Notes under the pieces: generated by a model
The model's database searches: none
Told to the model about the DNA's origin: nothing
The model's input: the letters and a program-made list of their open reading frames with translations, nothing else
Translations under genes and position numbers: made by a program
In this document: positions 38,314 through 51,200 of the stretch, piece after piece
How the letters are laid out: every line of letters starts with the position of its first letter
How positions within the stretch are numbered: position 1 is the stretch's first letter
From: Thalia democratica
Lineage: Eukaryota
NCBI GenBank assembly: GCA_965202585.1
Contig: OZ241827.1
Location: 54,002,001-54,066,000, forward strand
Direction of reading: 5' to 3'
DNA: 64,000 nucleotides

Positions 38314-39161
38314 CAGTAGACTACCGCTAAAGTACGCAAATTGAACCCGACCAAAAAGTGCGTACTTAGCACGGGTAGTGCGTACTTTTTGACGACATAG
38401 TATAATATGAAATTTAGTTATTTGCTTTCTTTCTCACAACTAGCAACCAAATAATTAAGCCAAATAAACAAGTCTTTTCATTTTAAATAACATTTAATAC
38501 ATAATTCTAATCTGCAAATTTTTTTATAGATTTTAAAATGATTTATTTTTTCTATAAAAAGTTTCTACATAATTTATAAATACATTTATTTTATTAGCTA
38601 AAAAGTTTTTGATTTTTTTTTATTTGAAGAAAAAACTTTTCAGGACTGTTTTTGTAAGAAAGTTTATATCAGTAGAAACATTGATAGTATAAGTGCACAA
38701 TGATAAGATGCTCATTAATTTTTTTTTAACTTTAGTTTTTTTTTGTTGTTGTTGTTGTTGTTGTTGTTTCTTTTTATATGTTTATTTTGACTTTATAAAA
38801 CTTGTAACTAGTTTTTGTGGTTAACCAGTTTCATATTATGTCACATTAAACTTAGCCTTTCTTTTGCAGCTATTCTGAAAGTTTTTGAATAAAAAAAATT
38901 TAGAAATTCTAGAAAAATTTAGAGAAATTTAGAAAAATGGACGGAAAGCGTCAGAAAATGACTCTATGGAACAAGTCTAAGGATAAATATAAAGTTGCAC
39001 CACCAAAGCCAACATATGTCTCCCGTGATAATATGAGGGAACTTTTTAGGATTTTTAATGCTAAAATGAGAATGGATTCTCGATTTTTTCTCTCTTGATA
39101 AGTGCGTACTTAAGGCGGGGTGCGTACCAAAAAAAGTGCGTACTTAAGCGGTAGTATACTG
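38314..39161. mobile_element. Tc1/mariner-pogo-like non-autonomous element with TA TSD
   Basis: ta|CAGTAGACTACCGCTAAAGTACGCA...TGCGTACTTAAGCGGTAGTATACTG|ta, with subterminal GTGCGTAC repeats. Confidence 0.8.
38744..38767. repeat. (GTT)n microsatellite inside the pogo-like element
   Basis: 8 GTT units. Confidence 0.85.
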
Positions 39162-41399
39162 TAGTATAAAGATTTTAGCTTGTAAACATCATAACATTTT
39201 TAACAAACGAATCGGGCAAACATTTTTAACTGTTTTTGAGGTTTATATTTGTTTCAAATTGAAGTTTAAGCACAAACAAAACAAAATTATAATAGCTGTA
39301 GTTTGTTAAGTATTAGAAAAATACACAAAAAAGGATTATGTGTTATTTCAACAAACAGGCTAGTATTCTTTCAAGCAAAGGTTTTAACTTAACCACTAAT
39401 TGAAATAAAATTGTGAACTAGTAAAGTATAAGGTTAAACCTATTACATCTGTACAATTGTGCCAAAGCTTTAATTGGACATATATTTTAAATTGTTATTA
39501 AAGTTTAAAACTCCTTTTAAATGTTCAACTAAAATTGCTCCACCATAAAATTTTCTAAGGCTTACTTAATTAAAATAATAAAGTAATGAAGTTATAAAAG
39601 CACTCACAAAAATTAACAAATGCTTAAGAATAATTTCTCCTACAAAGTATTAGCTTTAGCTAAATTCAATTGTAATAGGTGAAATTTCTTTAAGTTTCAC
39701 TGTAAACTGTTTTACATCGTTCGATGTTCGCGTCCTAGGCCCCACAGTCCCACACAAAATGCTTTGTATATAGTCTGCGTTTGATGTTGCATAAAGTTTA
39801 AACTTATACTTTTTTTTTTATATAAAGTAGTAGTTAAGTGAAGTTTCACTGTTTAGTATTTAAACTTGTTCATAGTATTAAACTGTATGTATTAAATTTG
39901 TAAGTTAACGTTGTTTAATGTCTTATTAAAAATAGTTACTTTAGAAGCTAATGTTAGTCATAAGTTATGTTAGTTGTACTATAAACTGGATATAAAAGAA
40001 CTTTAGCTTTCCTTTACAGTTTTTAAATGTATCCCCTGTGGTAAGTACATGTTGTTTTAATAAATTTAAGCCAGAGTTTTTCTTTTACTTAAAAATATGT
40101 GCCTCCACTTGCGTGTTTATGCGTTAATTTAGCTTAAATTTACATTTAGAAAAGCTTAGTATATATCAGGGTTTCTCTGAGGTTAATTCAAGAAGTTTAG
40201 GGGGCCATGAGGTCATAATTTGAAAATTACACTAGATATTCTTGAGGGGGGCCATAGCTCTTCTAATTTCTTAAAAGGAGGTCTTTAAAAAAATTAGGAA
40301 ACTTTGGTCTATCTGTATATGCTTATAAAGTTTGAATCGTATAAGTCATGTTTAAACTTTATTAATAAGCCTTACAAATGTTTCCTCTAGCTTAAAACTG
40401 TGTAGTGTGTATCTTGATTCGTGTGTTAATGTTATCATTTTATTCATATCGAGATATGTTATATATTTAAAAGCTTATTTTGTGGTTACATTGTTTCAGT
40501 TGTGTTTCAATTTTATATCTAGATTCTAGGTTTTAATAAATTTACTTTAGTTTATTTGGTGTTTTATCACGAGTATTTGTTTTGTAAATAATTTATAAGT
40601 TGATTTGCATTTAAGAGACTTTAAAATTAAATAATTAAGTCTTTAAAATAGTTTTGACAATAATTTGTGCTGTTTTTATTGTTTTAGTATATTTTCTTTC
40701 TAAAAAGTTTTGATTTTATATATTTTGTTTTTTAGTTTGACGTTACGCAGGTGCGTAGGGTTAAAGTTGTTAGTTTTACCAGAAAGTCTACCTCTTATAG
40801 AGCGTACCTTATTAATGTCTTTAGTAAAGAAAAGACTCTTTACTTTACTTTATTTAATTGCACATTGTAAAGATTCGGACCTGGTAGTAAATAAATAATA
40901 AATATTATAATAAGTACAGGAAAAGGGAAAGTAAAGTAGAAGCGCAGTGGGTTTCAGAATAGGTAAAATTTCCTTTTTATATTGTTTACATAATTTTGAT
41001 ATTTATATCCATGTTTACAAACTTATATTCAAATTGTATCTTTACCAGGGCCTAAATTTAAGATGAAAATTTAATAATGTAGTTTATCAACCGACAAAAA
41101 AAAAAGGAAAAAATTTTTGGTCCTAAGACGTGTTATACGATACAAAGAACCTATCGATTATTGCGTCTTGCACGACGGATATCTTTTGTAATAATAATAA
41201 TTATTATATAACTGTAATTATTATATATTATAATAATATGCAAAACAGATTTAAAAAAATAAATTGATATATTAAACATTAAATTGTATTAATAGTTTTT
41301 AAAATATTGCGTTTTAATGACTATAATATAACGGAAATTAAACATCTCAGTTTAATTTTTTTTATTAAGAATTTAGCGGCATGCAACATAAAATAAAAA

Positions 41400-42480
41400 C
41401 AAAAATTAAATTTAAATATTGCAATTTATATAATACAGTTTAAATTTAATTTGCTTATAATATAATATTAATATATATAAAAGAAATATACAAATAAAAG
41501 TATCTTTAAAAAATATTTAATTGACCTTTTTTTTTATTAAAATTTTAACATTTTTATATAATGCGAATTAAATTTATAGTTTTAGAGAAATATATTAAAA
41601 CTTTAGCTGCTTAATTCATTATTATATTAGATTAAATTAAATATTTCACTTTAAATTTAATTTACTTATAATACAATACTAATATATGTAAAAGAATTAT
41701 ACAAATTAAAGTAACTTTAAAATATATCTAATTGACTTTTTTTTTAATTATTAATATTTTACCATTTTTATATAATGCGATTTAAATTTATATTTTTAGA
41801 GAAATATATTAAAACTTTAGCTGCATGGTACATTATATACTTGATTGAATTAAAATATTTCAGTTCAAATTTAGTTTACTTATAATATAATATTGATATA
41901 TATAGAAGAAATATACAAATTAAAGTATCTATAAAATATATTTAATTGAATTTTCTTTTAAGTTATTAAAATTTTAATATTTTTATGTAATGCGATTTAA
42001 ATTTATAGTTTTAGAGAAATACATTAAAACTTTAGCTTCATAATACATTATATATTTGATTAAATTAAAATATTTAAGTTTAAATTTTCTTTACTAATAA
42101 TGTAACACTAATATTAGTATTATTTTTATATTTCTATTATTTTTTTAAAAATACAAATAATATAAAGTAACATATCGCATATAATCATTTTATTTAAAAC
42201 ATAATAATATGAAAACAAATAGACAACTTTACTTTTTTATATTTAATGTTAAATTGTATGTATTTTTTACAACATATTGCGTATAATCACTTTAGAACAA
42301 CGAAAATTGCATATATAAATTTAATTAGCTATATTAAAACGTTAGCAGCAAAAAAACATTAAGACGTTAACCTAAATTAGAATAATGCAACTCAAACTTA
42401 ATTTACTAATAATATGATATAATATCAATATATAAAAGAACTATACAATTTTAAGTAACTTTAATAAATATTTAATTGCG
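41400..42480. repeat. AT-rich tandem array, period about 212-216 bp, 3 good copies plus decayed copies
   Basis: TAATGCGAxTTAAATTTATAxTTTTAGAGAAATA recurs near 41560, 41772 and 41988. Confidence 0.85.
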
Positions 42481-43190
42481 TATGTTTTATAATCATATTG
42501 CAATTAACATATTGCAATAAAACTAAATATAGAAATTTTAATTTAATATTGAAACAATAAAGTATTAATTAACGACGATTATTAAACCTTTTGTATTAAT
42601 GATTTGATAAAGAAACAATGAATATTAATCTACGTTAAAGTATCATTTTGAAAACAATTTTTGAAATCAATAATTACTTATTTTTATTAATATACATAAA
42701 TTTTACTCAAATTTTCTAATTTATTAAGAAAACAAAGTTTTTCACGTTTGAACTCAATCAAACGAAATCATCAGTTGAAAAAGTTCTGTAGTTTTTTTTA
42801 ATATAAACATGTAAGAAGGCATTAGGCTAAACTAATCATATAAATAATAAACCGTCAACCTTTGGTACAATATACTTTAACAAACTATATTTTATTGAAG
42901 TATATTAAAGAGGATAACATATACAAAGTACAATTAAAACTATCTAAAAAATAAAGCTTAAATTATATACTTATAAACTAAGTAAAACAAAAAAATTTCA
43001 AATTTTTATTAAAAATTTTATCTTTAAAAGTTTTATTTAAATTTCATGTTTTAAACCGAATTTATAATTATTAATTAAAATAAGGCATTATTGATTTTAA
43101 AAATTGTTCACAAAAGGATAATAAATATAAACTAACTTATATTATGTGTATATTTAATATAATATACTCATTTAATCTGCTTTATATAAA

Positions 43191-43267
43191 CAGGGTTGCC
43201 ACTTGTTTAAAAATTCCAGGTTTTTTGATAAAAATTCCAGGTTTTTCCAGGTAAAGTGGCGACCCTG
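43191..43267. mobile_element. 77-bp minimal hAT-like MITE with 6-bp TSD TATAAA
   Basis: CAGGGTTGCCACT...AGTGGCGACCCTG with three TTCCAGGT motifs. Confidence 0.8.
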
Positions 43268-43729
43268 TATAAATATTTTTGAAATGCAATATATCATAAA
43301 TTATATGCTAAAATATCTAGTCAACAAAATTAAGAAATTTGAATTAAATTTATATTTATTATAATAAGTCAATAAATTAATTGCAACATTTTAGTATAAT
43401 TAATTAGATAAAAAAAATTAACTTTCGTTCTATTTAAAGTGACAGAATGAAATATGTTGTCAAAAAAACGGGCAATTTAGTTTTTAATATAAGAACTTTA
43501 AATTGTTTATTCTTTTACATGTTAATGTAATATAAAATATATTATACTAATATGTAAACTTTAATATTAAATTTATGATTGGTTTATAAATAATTTGAAT
43601 ATAAATTTGAAAAATTTAATATCAATATCAAAATATAATATGTAACTAGAAATTCTCTTTTGAAAAAGTTTTGATATCGAAAAAGCGTTTTTCTCTTAAG
43701 ATGGCCATAAGATAGGGTTGGGGAGAAGT

Positions 43730-45540
43730 CTAATTTCAGCTTGATATTGGTCAAAATCATTAATAATTCAGCAAATATTACCAATATTTCATATTTAATG
43801 TAACAAAATAGTTTTTAATACGCTAAATTAATAGTTTACTTTCCACATATGATGATGTGACAAAACAGAGTGCTTGTATTCAAAAAATATTTTACATAAA
43901 AAATAAGTTATGAACACAATGCAACCTGAATTATCATGTAATAGTGTAATGGTAATCTAACTAAAAATTCCTTAGGATTAATTTTATTTTTTTACTTACA
44001 AATTATAAAATTTTATACACTTTAATTATGATTGAAAATAAATCAAATATAATTTCAGCTTGATATTAGTTCAACATCATCCTAGGTAATTACTAATATT
44101 ATAGTTTATAATCAATATAATTAATTCTGGTTATGGTTAACTTTAGGTGAGTACCAATACAAAATTGAAAATATAATACATTCAATGTCTAATTGAACCA
44201 TAATTTTTGGCTAAAATAATGATACTTTGTTTCAAACAATTTATATAAATACATAGAAAGAAAACTAAAATAAAATACTATAGACTAAAATATTTGACCA
44301 ACTTTATTTTACAATACTATAATCAATATAAATTATGTATTGATATAATCATTTTATATTGTATAATAAAGCAATTAAATTTTAAGTTTATTAGTTCTAA
44401 AAGATCAATTTTTAGCCTAAAATTGTGACTAAATAAGACATCAAATGTATTATAACTTCAGCTTGATATTGGTGCTCATCTCAAGTTAACCATAACTTTA
44501 ATTCTTCCTATGTATTTATATAGCTTGTTTAAAACAAAGTACCTTTTAATATTAAACATCTAAGTCTTAAATTTTTGATTTTTAGCTTGAAATTATGGTG
44601 AAAAAACATATTGATTATTATTGAATTTCAGTTTAATATTGGTGCAACTAGGCTAGGTAAATACTAGAAAATTTCCTAAAAAATTGATCTATAACAAAAC
44701 ACTTTGAAAATAGTTACTCTGACCAGCAACAGTGTTACAAAAGTTTCTGTGAAAATGATTGTTAATGTGTGGTCTGATGGCATAGGGGCCTTAATGACAA
44801 CTTTAAAACTCTCTGAGTTGAACTGGAAGTTTGAAACTTAGTGGTTGACAAAAAAAAAATTTGTAGTATCTAATCTATTCATAGAATTAAAGTGATTTTC
44901 AACTGATATCAATAAAAAATGTATATAACATTTGTTTATGCTCTTCAAGTCAGTACCAATATCAAACTGAAAATACAATCCATTTGATGTGTTATTTAAT
45001 CTTAATTATAGGCTAAAAAAACAATACTTTGTTTTAAACAAGCTATATAAATAAATAGAAAGAACTAGACTAATATATTATAAACTAAAATATTCAATCA
45101 AATATATTTTACAGTATCATAATCAATATAAATTATTGAATTGATATAAATTAATTGTAATAAATAATTATAATAAATTGTAAAATAAAAGCAATTAATT
45201 ACTTTAGTTTATTTATATATGATATATAGATTAATTTTATTCATGTATTTCTAAAAGATAAAGTTTTATCTAAAAACTATGATTATATAAGACATCAAAT
45301 GTATTATAACTTCAATTTGATATTGATAGTCTACATAAATTCTTGTATTGAAATAATCATTTAATACTGTAAATTAAAAGCGATTAAAAATTTAAGTTTT
45401 ATTGGTTTAAGATGAATATGTTTAATTTTGTTTATTACTTTGCCTAAAATCATGCTTAAAAACACATTGAATATAATACAATTTCAGATTGATATTAGTG
45501 AAACATCATTCTTGGTAATTACCAAACTGCAAATTAAAAC
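43730..45540. repeat. Diverged higher-order repeat (about 800-bp duplication) with recurrent TTTCAGCTTGATATTGGT motif in both orientations
   Basis: Motif near 43733, 44051, 44455, 44624, 45307, 45481 and inverted near 44151, 44955. Segment 44150-44480 resembles 44950-45330. Confidence 0.65.
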
Positions 45541-45553
45541 CTAGTGGTTGACA

Positions 45554-46506
45554 CACGAGCATAAAGTTAATTTTATAGACAAATTTATAAATTTTTCAAA
45601 AAACATAAAACTTTAATGTCAATTATTTTCCTTATCTTAAAAGCTATCTAAAAATTTTTTTTTATCTTAGAGAACGCACCTTTGTCTTTAATTTAAGAAA
45701 AAAAAAATTTGGTTTAGGGTTTGAATTATTTCATGGGGTCCCTCAAAAAATAAAGGGTTTTTTTTCTTTTTTTCATTCAAATTGCATTATAACCAAAAAT
45801 AAATTTTGTTTTAAATTTTTTTTTTTTGATTTCCCTTAGTTTGCATGTTATTTAAACTCTTAAATAGTTATTTTATAAATAATGTTAATATTTTTTACGA
45901 TTTGGCCCCAAAACAAAATGATGTATATTACACTATCATTTGCCTTGGCCGTTTCCTAGATAAAAAATTGATAAAAGGAAAAAAACGATTAATAAGAATG
46001 TAAATTACAACAAATTTAAATAAACTATAATAATTTAATTTAATTTGTTGTAATTTACATTCTTATTAATTGGTTTTTTCCTTTTATAAATTTTTTATCT
46101 TGGAAACGGCCAAGGCAAATTATAGTGTAATATACATCATTTTGTTTTGGGGCCAAATCGTAAAAAATATTAACATTATTTATAAAATAACTATTTAAGA
46201 GTTTAAATAACATGCAAACTAAGGAAAATCAAAAAAAAAATATTAAAAAAAAAAATTATTTTTGGTTATAATGCAATTTGAATGAAAAAAAGAACAAAAA
46301 CCCTTTATTTTTTGAGGGACCCCATGAAATAATTCAAACCCTAAACCAAATTTTTTTTTTCTTAAATTAAAGACAAAGGTGCGTTCTCTAAGATAAAAAA
46401 AAAAATTTTTAGATAGCTTTTAAGATAAGGAAAATAATTGACATTAAAGTTTTATGTTTTTTGAAAAATTTATAAATTTGTCTATAAAATTAACTTTATG
46501 CTCGTG
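45554..46506. mobile_element. 953-bp foldback (near-perfect palindrome) element
   Basis: Arms of about 465 bp centred near 46030, flanked by a duplication of GTTGACA (7 bp; 9 or 11 bp if the termini are shifted). Confidence 0.85.
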
Positions 46507-47521
46507 GTTGACACATATACAAAAATTATTTAATTGATCTTATTCCGAATTTGAAACAATTTTGTGTATGTAAGTGATAAATTAGAACACTTACATATGA
46601 CTTATAGTAATATTACTATAATATTAGTAATAGTAAACATCACCATAACAGATAAAAAATTAGTAAAATCTAAACACAATATTTAAAACTCTTGTGTGTA
46701 GCTATTTGTTTCTTATTTCTGTTTTTTTGTTAATTTCTAAATATTTGAATTTTGAGCACCTTTCTCTAGCTTGCATTTTTTCAACTGAAAGCGCAGTGTA
46801 TTACTGACTAAAACTAAAAACAGACTGCGGGTACCCTTTAGTTGCCCAGGAAAAGTCCCTGTTATTTTCGGATAATGTTTGCTCCAATTATTGTATAAAT
46901 CTATCATATTTTAACATTATCAACTAAAAGAAACAGTTGACAATAACTCAAAATATATAGAATTTGAATTATTGTGTACCCCTATTATATTTGTCTACTT
47001 TAATGCTGCCCTTGCACTTGATTTAACTGTGTTTATAGCAATTGGTTATTATAATGTTTCTACAAATTCTAAAAACTACATAAAATGTTCAGAAATTTCT
47101 TTCAAAAGTAATCTTAAATGTTTAAAATTGTAATTAATATGTAATGTAGTAAAAAAAAATTAAAAATCAGGGTCTATAGCATGTTAATTTTTTTTAATTT
47201 ACATATACTTTTTATCCTAACCTTAATTTTTTTTAATTTGTGGAAAATCTAAACTAATTTATCTTAAAAGATTTAAAATGAGTTTTTAATCTTTTTTTTT
47301 AAGTTTTATGATAGGTAAAACTAATTTATAAACTATGTTATATTTCTTTTACTTTTTTTTGTCTGAAAAAGTTTATCTTACAAAGGAAAAATTTAAGACT
47401 GATTTTTTATAAATTATGTTTTTATTTTAAAAAGCAAAATATGAAGCTTTTAAGATTTAAAGCTATTTTAAGTAAAGTTGCTGAATAAAAAAAATATTCA
47501 TAGTTATGTATTTTCTAATTA

Positions 47522-47890
47522 CATAGTGGCCGCTAAACCTATCCTGGAAAAACCTGGAATTTGACAATTTAGGCTAAAAAAACTTGAAAAAAATGGAATT
47601 TTAAACTAAAAACCTTAAAATACCTGAAATTTTAAATAACTTTTAGTAGTATAATTTTTATTTGAAGCAAAAATCTATCATATATATACATATAAAATTT
47701 TGTCATCATCAAAATTTTTATACAAAAAAACACATTTTAAGTAGCTTTATAGTATGTTTTCAATGTTTTTATACTATTTAACTTAAGCTTAACTTTAAAC
47801 TAAAAATAGACCCAAAAACATGTACTTTTGAAAACCTAGAAGAAATTCAGAAAACCTGGAAGAAATTTTTCAAAAACCAGTGGCCACTTG
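47522..47890. mobile_element. hAT-like MITE copy with 6-bp TSD TAATTA
   Basis: taatta|CATAGTGGCC...GTGGCCACTTG|taatta. Confidence 0.8.
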
Positions 47891-48083
47891 TAATTAAAAT
47901 ATACTTATAAAAGCTGCTTACTAAGCTTTCAATTGTATTCTCAAAACTATTTACTGTATTAAACTTATAAAATTCAACCTGTTATAAAGTTTTGATGTAT
48001 ATGCTAGTTTAAGTTAAGAATTCTAATTAAAAAAATATTAAAATTAGTTTAGGACCATTAAAATTTATTATTAGCAATTAAAC

Positions 48084-48240
48084 ATGCCTGTTAGATATTT
48101 AGGGTATGACTACTTGCAAATGGCATTAGATGCCAAGAAGAGAAGATTAAATGAATCTCTTCTCGTTTATCCTCAAATACTGCCAACACTCGCTTTAACT
48201 GATCTAGGATCTTTTCAGTACAGAGAGCTATGGAAAAGAG
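48084..48240 (+). CDS. SHOC1-like: SHOC1-like exon 1
   Basis: MPVRYLGYDYLQ...YRELWKR, phase-1 donor GTAAAA. Confidence 0.8.
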
Positions 48241-51200
48241 GTAAAATTGTGTTTAAAGTTTCTAAATGTGTTAAACTACTAAAAATTTTATGATATGTTT
48301 GTTAAGCTTGGTTAAAAAGTTTACATATACAAGTTATTTTTAAATGTTTTTGTTCTAAACTGACAATGGCAAATAAAAAAGCAGAATAGCTTTCCAAAAG
48401 TATAATAATATATATTTTAAACTAGTATTCTTGTTCTTGTATGTAAGTTTAGATGACTTAGAAGTATTTAATAGTTTTTTATCCAATAGTTTCACATATT
48501 TGTGTGCTGCATTGAAACTTTATTAAACTTCTTATTTTTAAACTGATTTTCAGTTTTAAAATTTAACTTTGTAGTCCTACAGTACTAGTATTACTTAAAT
48601 TTTCCCCAAAAGTTTTGTATCATTACAAAGTTGAATTCAGATGTTTCTACTTATAAAAAATAATTTAGAATATAACTTTGATGTTGTTATAAGAATTAAA
48701 TAAAAAAGTTATAATTAAAGAAAACAAACTGTTCTTTTGTATTTCACTGCCTGTTTGATGTATACAAGATTATTTTTAATTAATTTAAGATAGGATAAAT
48801 CATATAACAGTTATAATCAAATAAAATAGAGTTTTACAGTTTTTTATTTTAGTGATAAACTTCTTTGTTTAGTAAGGTAAATTGTAAATTTTAAAAAGAG
48901 TTTTAATCTATTCTAGTTTGATTTCGACCTTATGGTTTTTATTGTTCTTGTTTTAGCTCCTAAGTATCCTTTACCAGATGAGACGGCAGAATATAAACTA
49001 AATGAATTGATTAATCAATTCAGTTTAGATTTGCTTTCAGAAATTGACTGTCTATGTTCAATTCAAAATGTTGATTTTGAATCCAAAGAAAAGTTAATCC
49101 ACAAAGACTCAAGCACTAATACATCAGCTTTAAATGAAGAAAACTTCTGTGAAGTAACTGATAAAATAATTGAACTAGAAAAGTTTAATGATATGCTTGT
49201 AAATGTTGATGAAAAAGAAGAATTTGAAATTGAGCTGACCTTAGCCATGCCAAAGCATCATGAGTACTTTTGCACCCCAGACAAACTGATGAAGTGCCTG
49301 CAGCCATATAAAGTGCTTGATCCAGTGTTAGAAATAATTGAACTGCAAAAAGCTTTTCACAATTATGAAAACAGTTTCAAGTATGAAGCATCACCAGTGG
49401 AAACTGAAATTGATTTAGACTGTCACTGCTTAATGCCAGAAAATCTTGAGCTTGAAGATGATTTAGTTCAGTTACCAAATTCAAACGAAGCTTTTGACAA
49501 TGTTTTGGAAATGAAAAAATCTAGGAATGTTACTAAACAGGTGAAATAGTTTAAGATAGTTTTTATTTTTAATTTAAAGATATATTCCTTGTTTTGTATA
49601 TAATAGTTGACCCTTTTTACTTTTTTACAATTACATAATTAATAAAAAAATATATTTTTACTAGCTTATAATTGACCATTTTAAGATTGTTTGATTATAT
49701 ATCTTTTTAAAATAAAAAGTAATACCTCAAGAAAATTTTTTACAGCTTTTTTTTTGTAAAAAAATAAGTACTTATATTTAGGATGCTTATTTATTAAATT
49801 TTTTTGAAGTCTGTTTCTCTTGATTTCATGGAATGCAAGAATAATTTCATGAAACTACTTTGTGACAAAAGGCTTTTGAGTTCAATTAATGAGTTGAGTT
49901 TAGAAAATATTTCAGTTGTAGAAGAATCAACAGGTTATATTCCTTTTAAAAGTTAAAATTTAAAACAGTTAAAAACTAATGATAATATAATTTTAGTTTT
50001 TAGTTTAGTTTAGATACACTGTTTATTTTTATAAAAATTATGAATGAGGAGCACTAGTACTGAAATTCATGATGGCTTAAAGCAGTAAGTTCTTAAAACA
50101 GCAAGGCTGAACAACTTTTTTACATTTATTGGATATGTTTTTAAGTTTTTAGTTTATAATTTAAAGTTTAGAACATTTTATTATGATATTCATTGTCATT
50201 GAAGAAGTACCCTTAAAAACCTTTTGATAAAACTGGTTTAACTTACAGTAAAATAGGCTAAAATGTTTTATTTTTATATTAGGAGGTGTATTTTTAAAAG
50301 ATTCAAGTTTTTATTTAAAACAGCAAAAAACATTGTGGAAAGAAAAACTTGTAGACTGTTTGAATAAAGTAAAATAAATGATCGGATCATTATTTTTACT
50401 TGGTCAGAACAAGTAAAAAAGAAATGACTCAAAAAGTTTGAACAAGTAAAAGTAATGATCCCAGATCTAATTTAGCAAAAAAAATTGTTCAAATAAAATA
50501 TTAAATAAAACAAGTTAGGAAATACTGAAAAAAAAAACCACCAAGGGTAAGGGTGAGAAGTAAAAAATAAGAATAAATAAGAAAAAAAAAATGTTACTCT
50601 CCAAGGGATAGGGGTACAATGATAGTTAAAAAATAAAAGTAAAGAACAAAAAGTATAAAGGCAACGTTAAAATTAAAAAAAAAAACTTAATTGCTTTAAT
50701 GTTTTTGCAAACGTTTGGTTTTGAGTTTATTAACTTTATAAGCTAAAAAAATGACCTCAAAAGTTTGAACTATTAAAAATATGACCCAGAAAAATTTAGA
50801 TTAAGTAAAAATAATGAACTCCCTGTCATGATCATTTATTTGATCCAACTGTTCTACTTATTTAATATTTATTAACAACACAGTTCTTTTCTGCTCTTCT
50901 CGTAATATTTAGTAGATGGATACATTTTGGTAGTTTAATTGGGATCTTTTTACTAATAAAATCATCTAAAATTAATAATCTTATATTTTTAAATATATAC
51001 CATCTTTTTTCGAACCTTAAATCTGCAAGTTTAAGTTTAAAATTTTTACAATTCACTAAACTGACAAGAATACCATCCTTTGCTGACATGTCTATCTGTC
51101 AATTATAAAAATTTATTTATTCATAAACTATAATGTTTCTTTAAAACTTTTTGTTGATTTAAGTACAACAATAATTGATACCTTGTTTTTATTTTCTATC

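Noticed and set aside
40188-40310. Possible hAT MITE starting CAGGGTTTCTC
   Set aside because: Right end degenerate and no TSD; too weak to call
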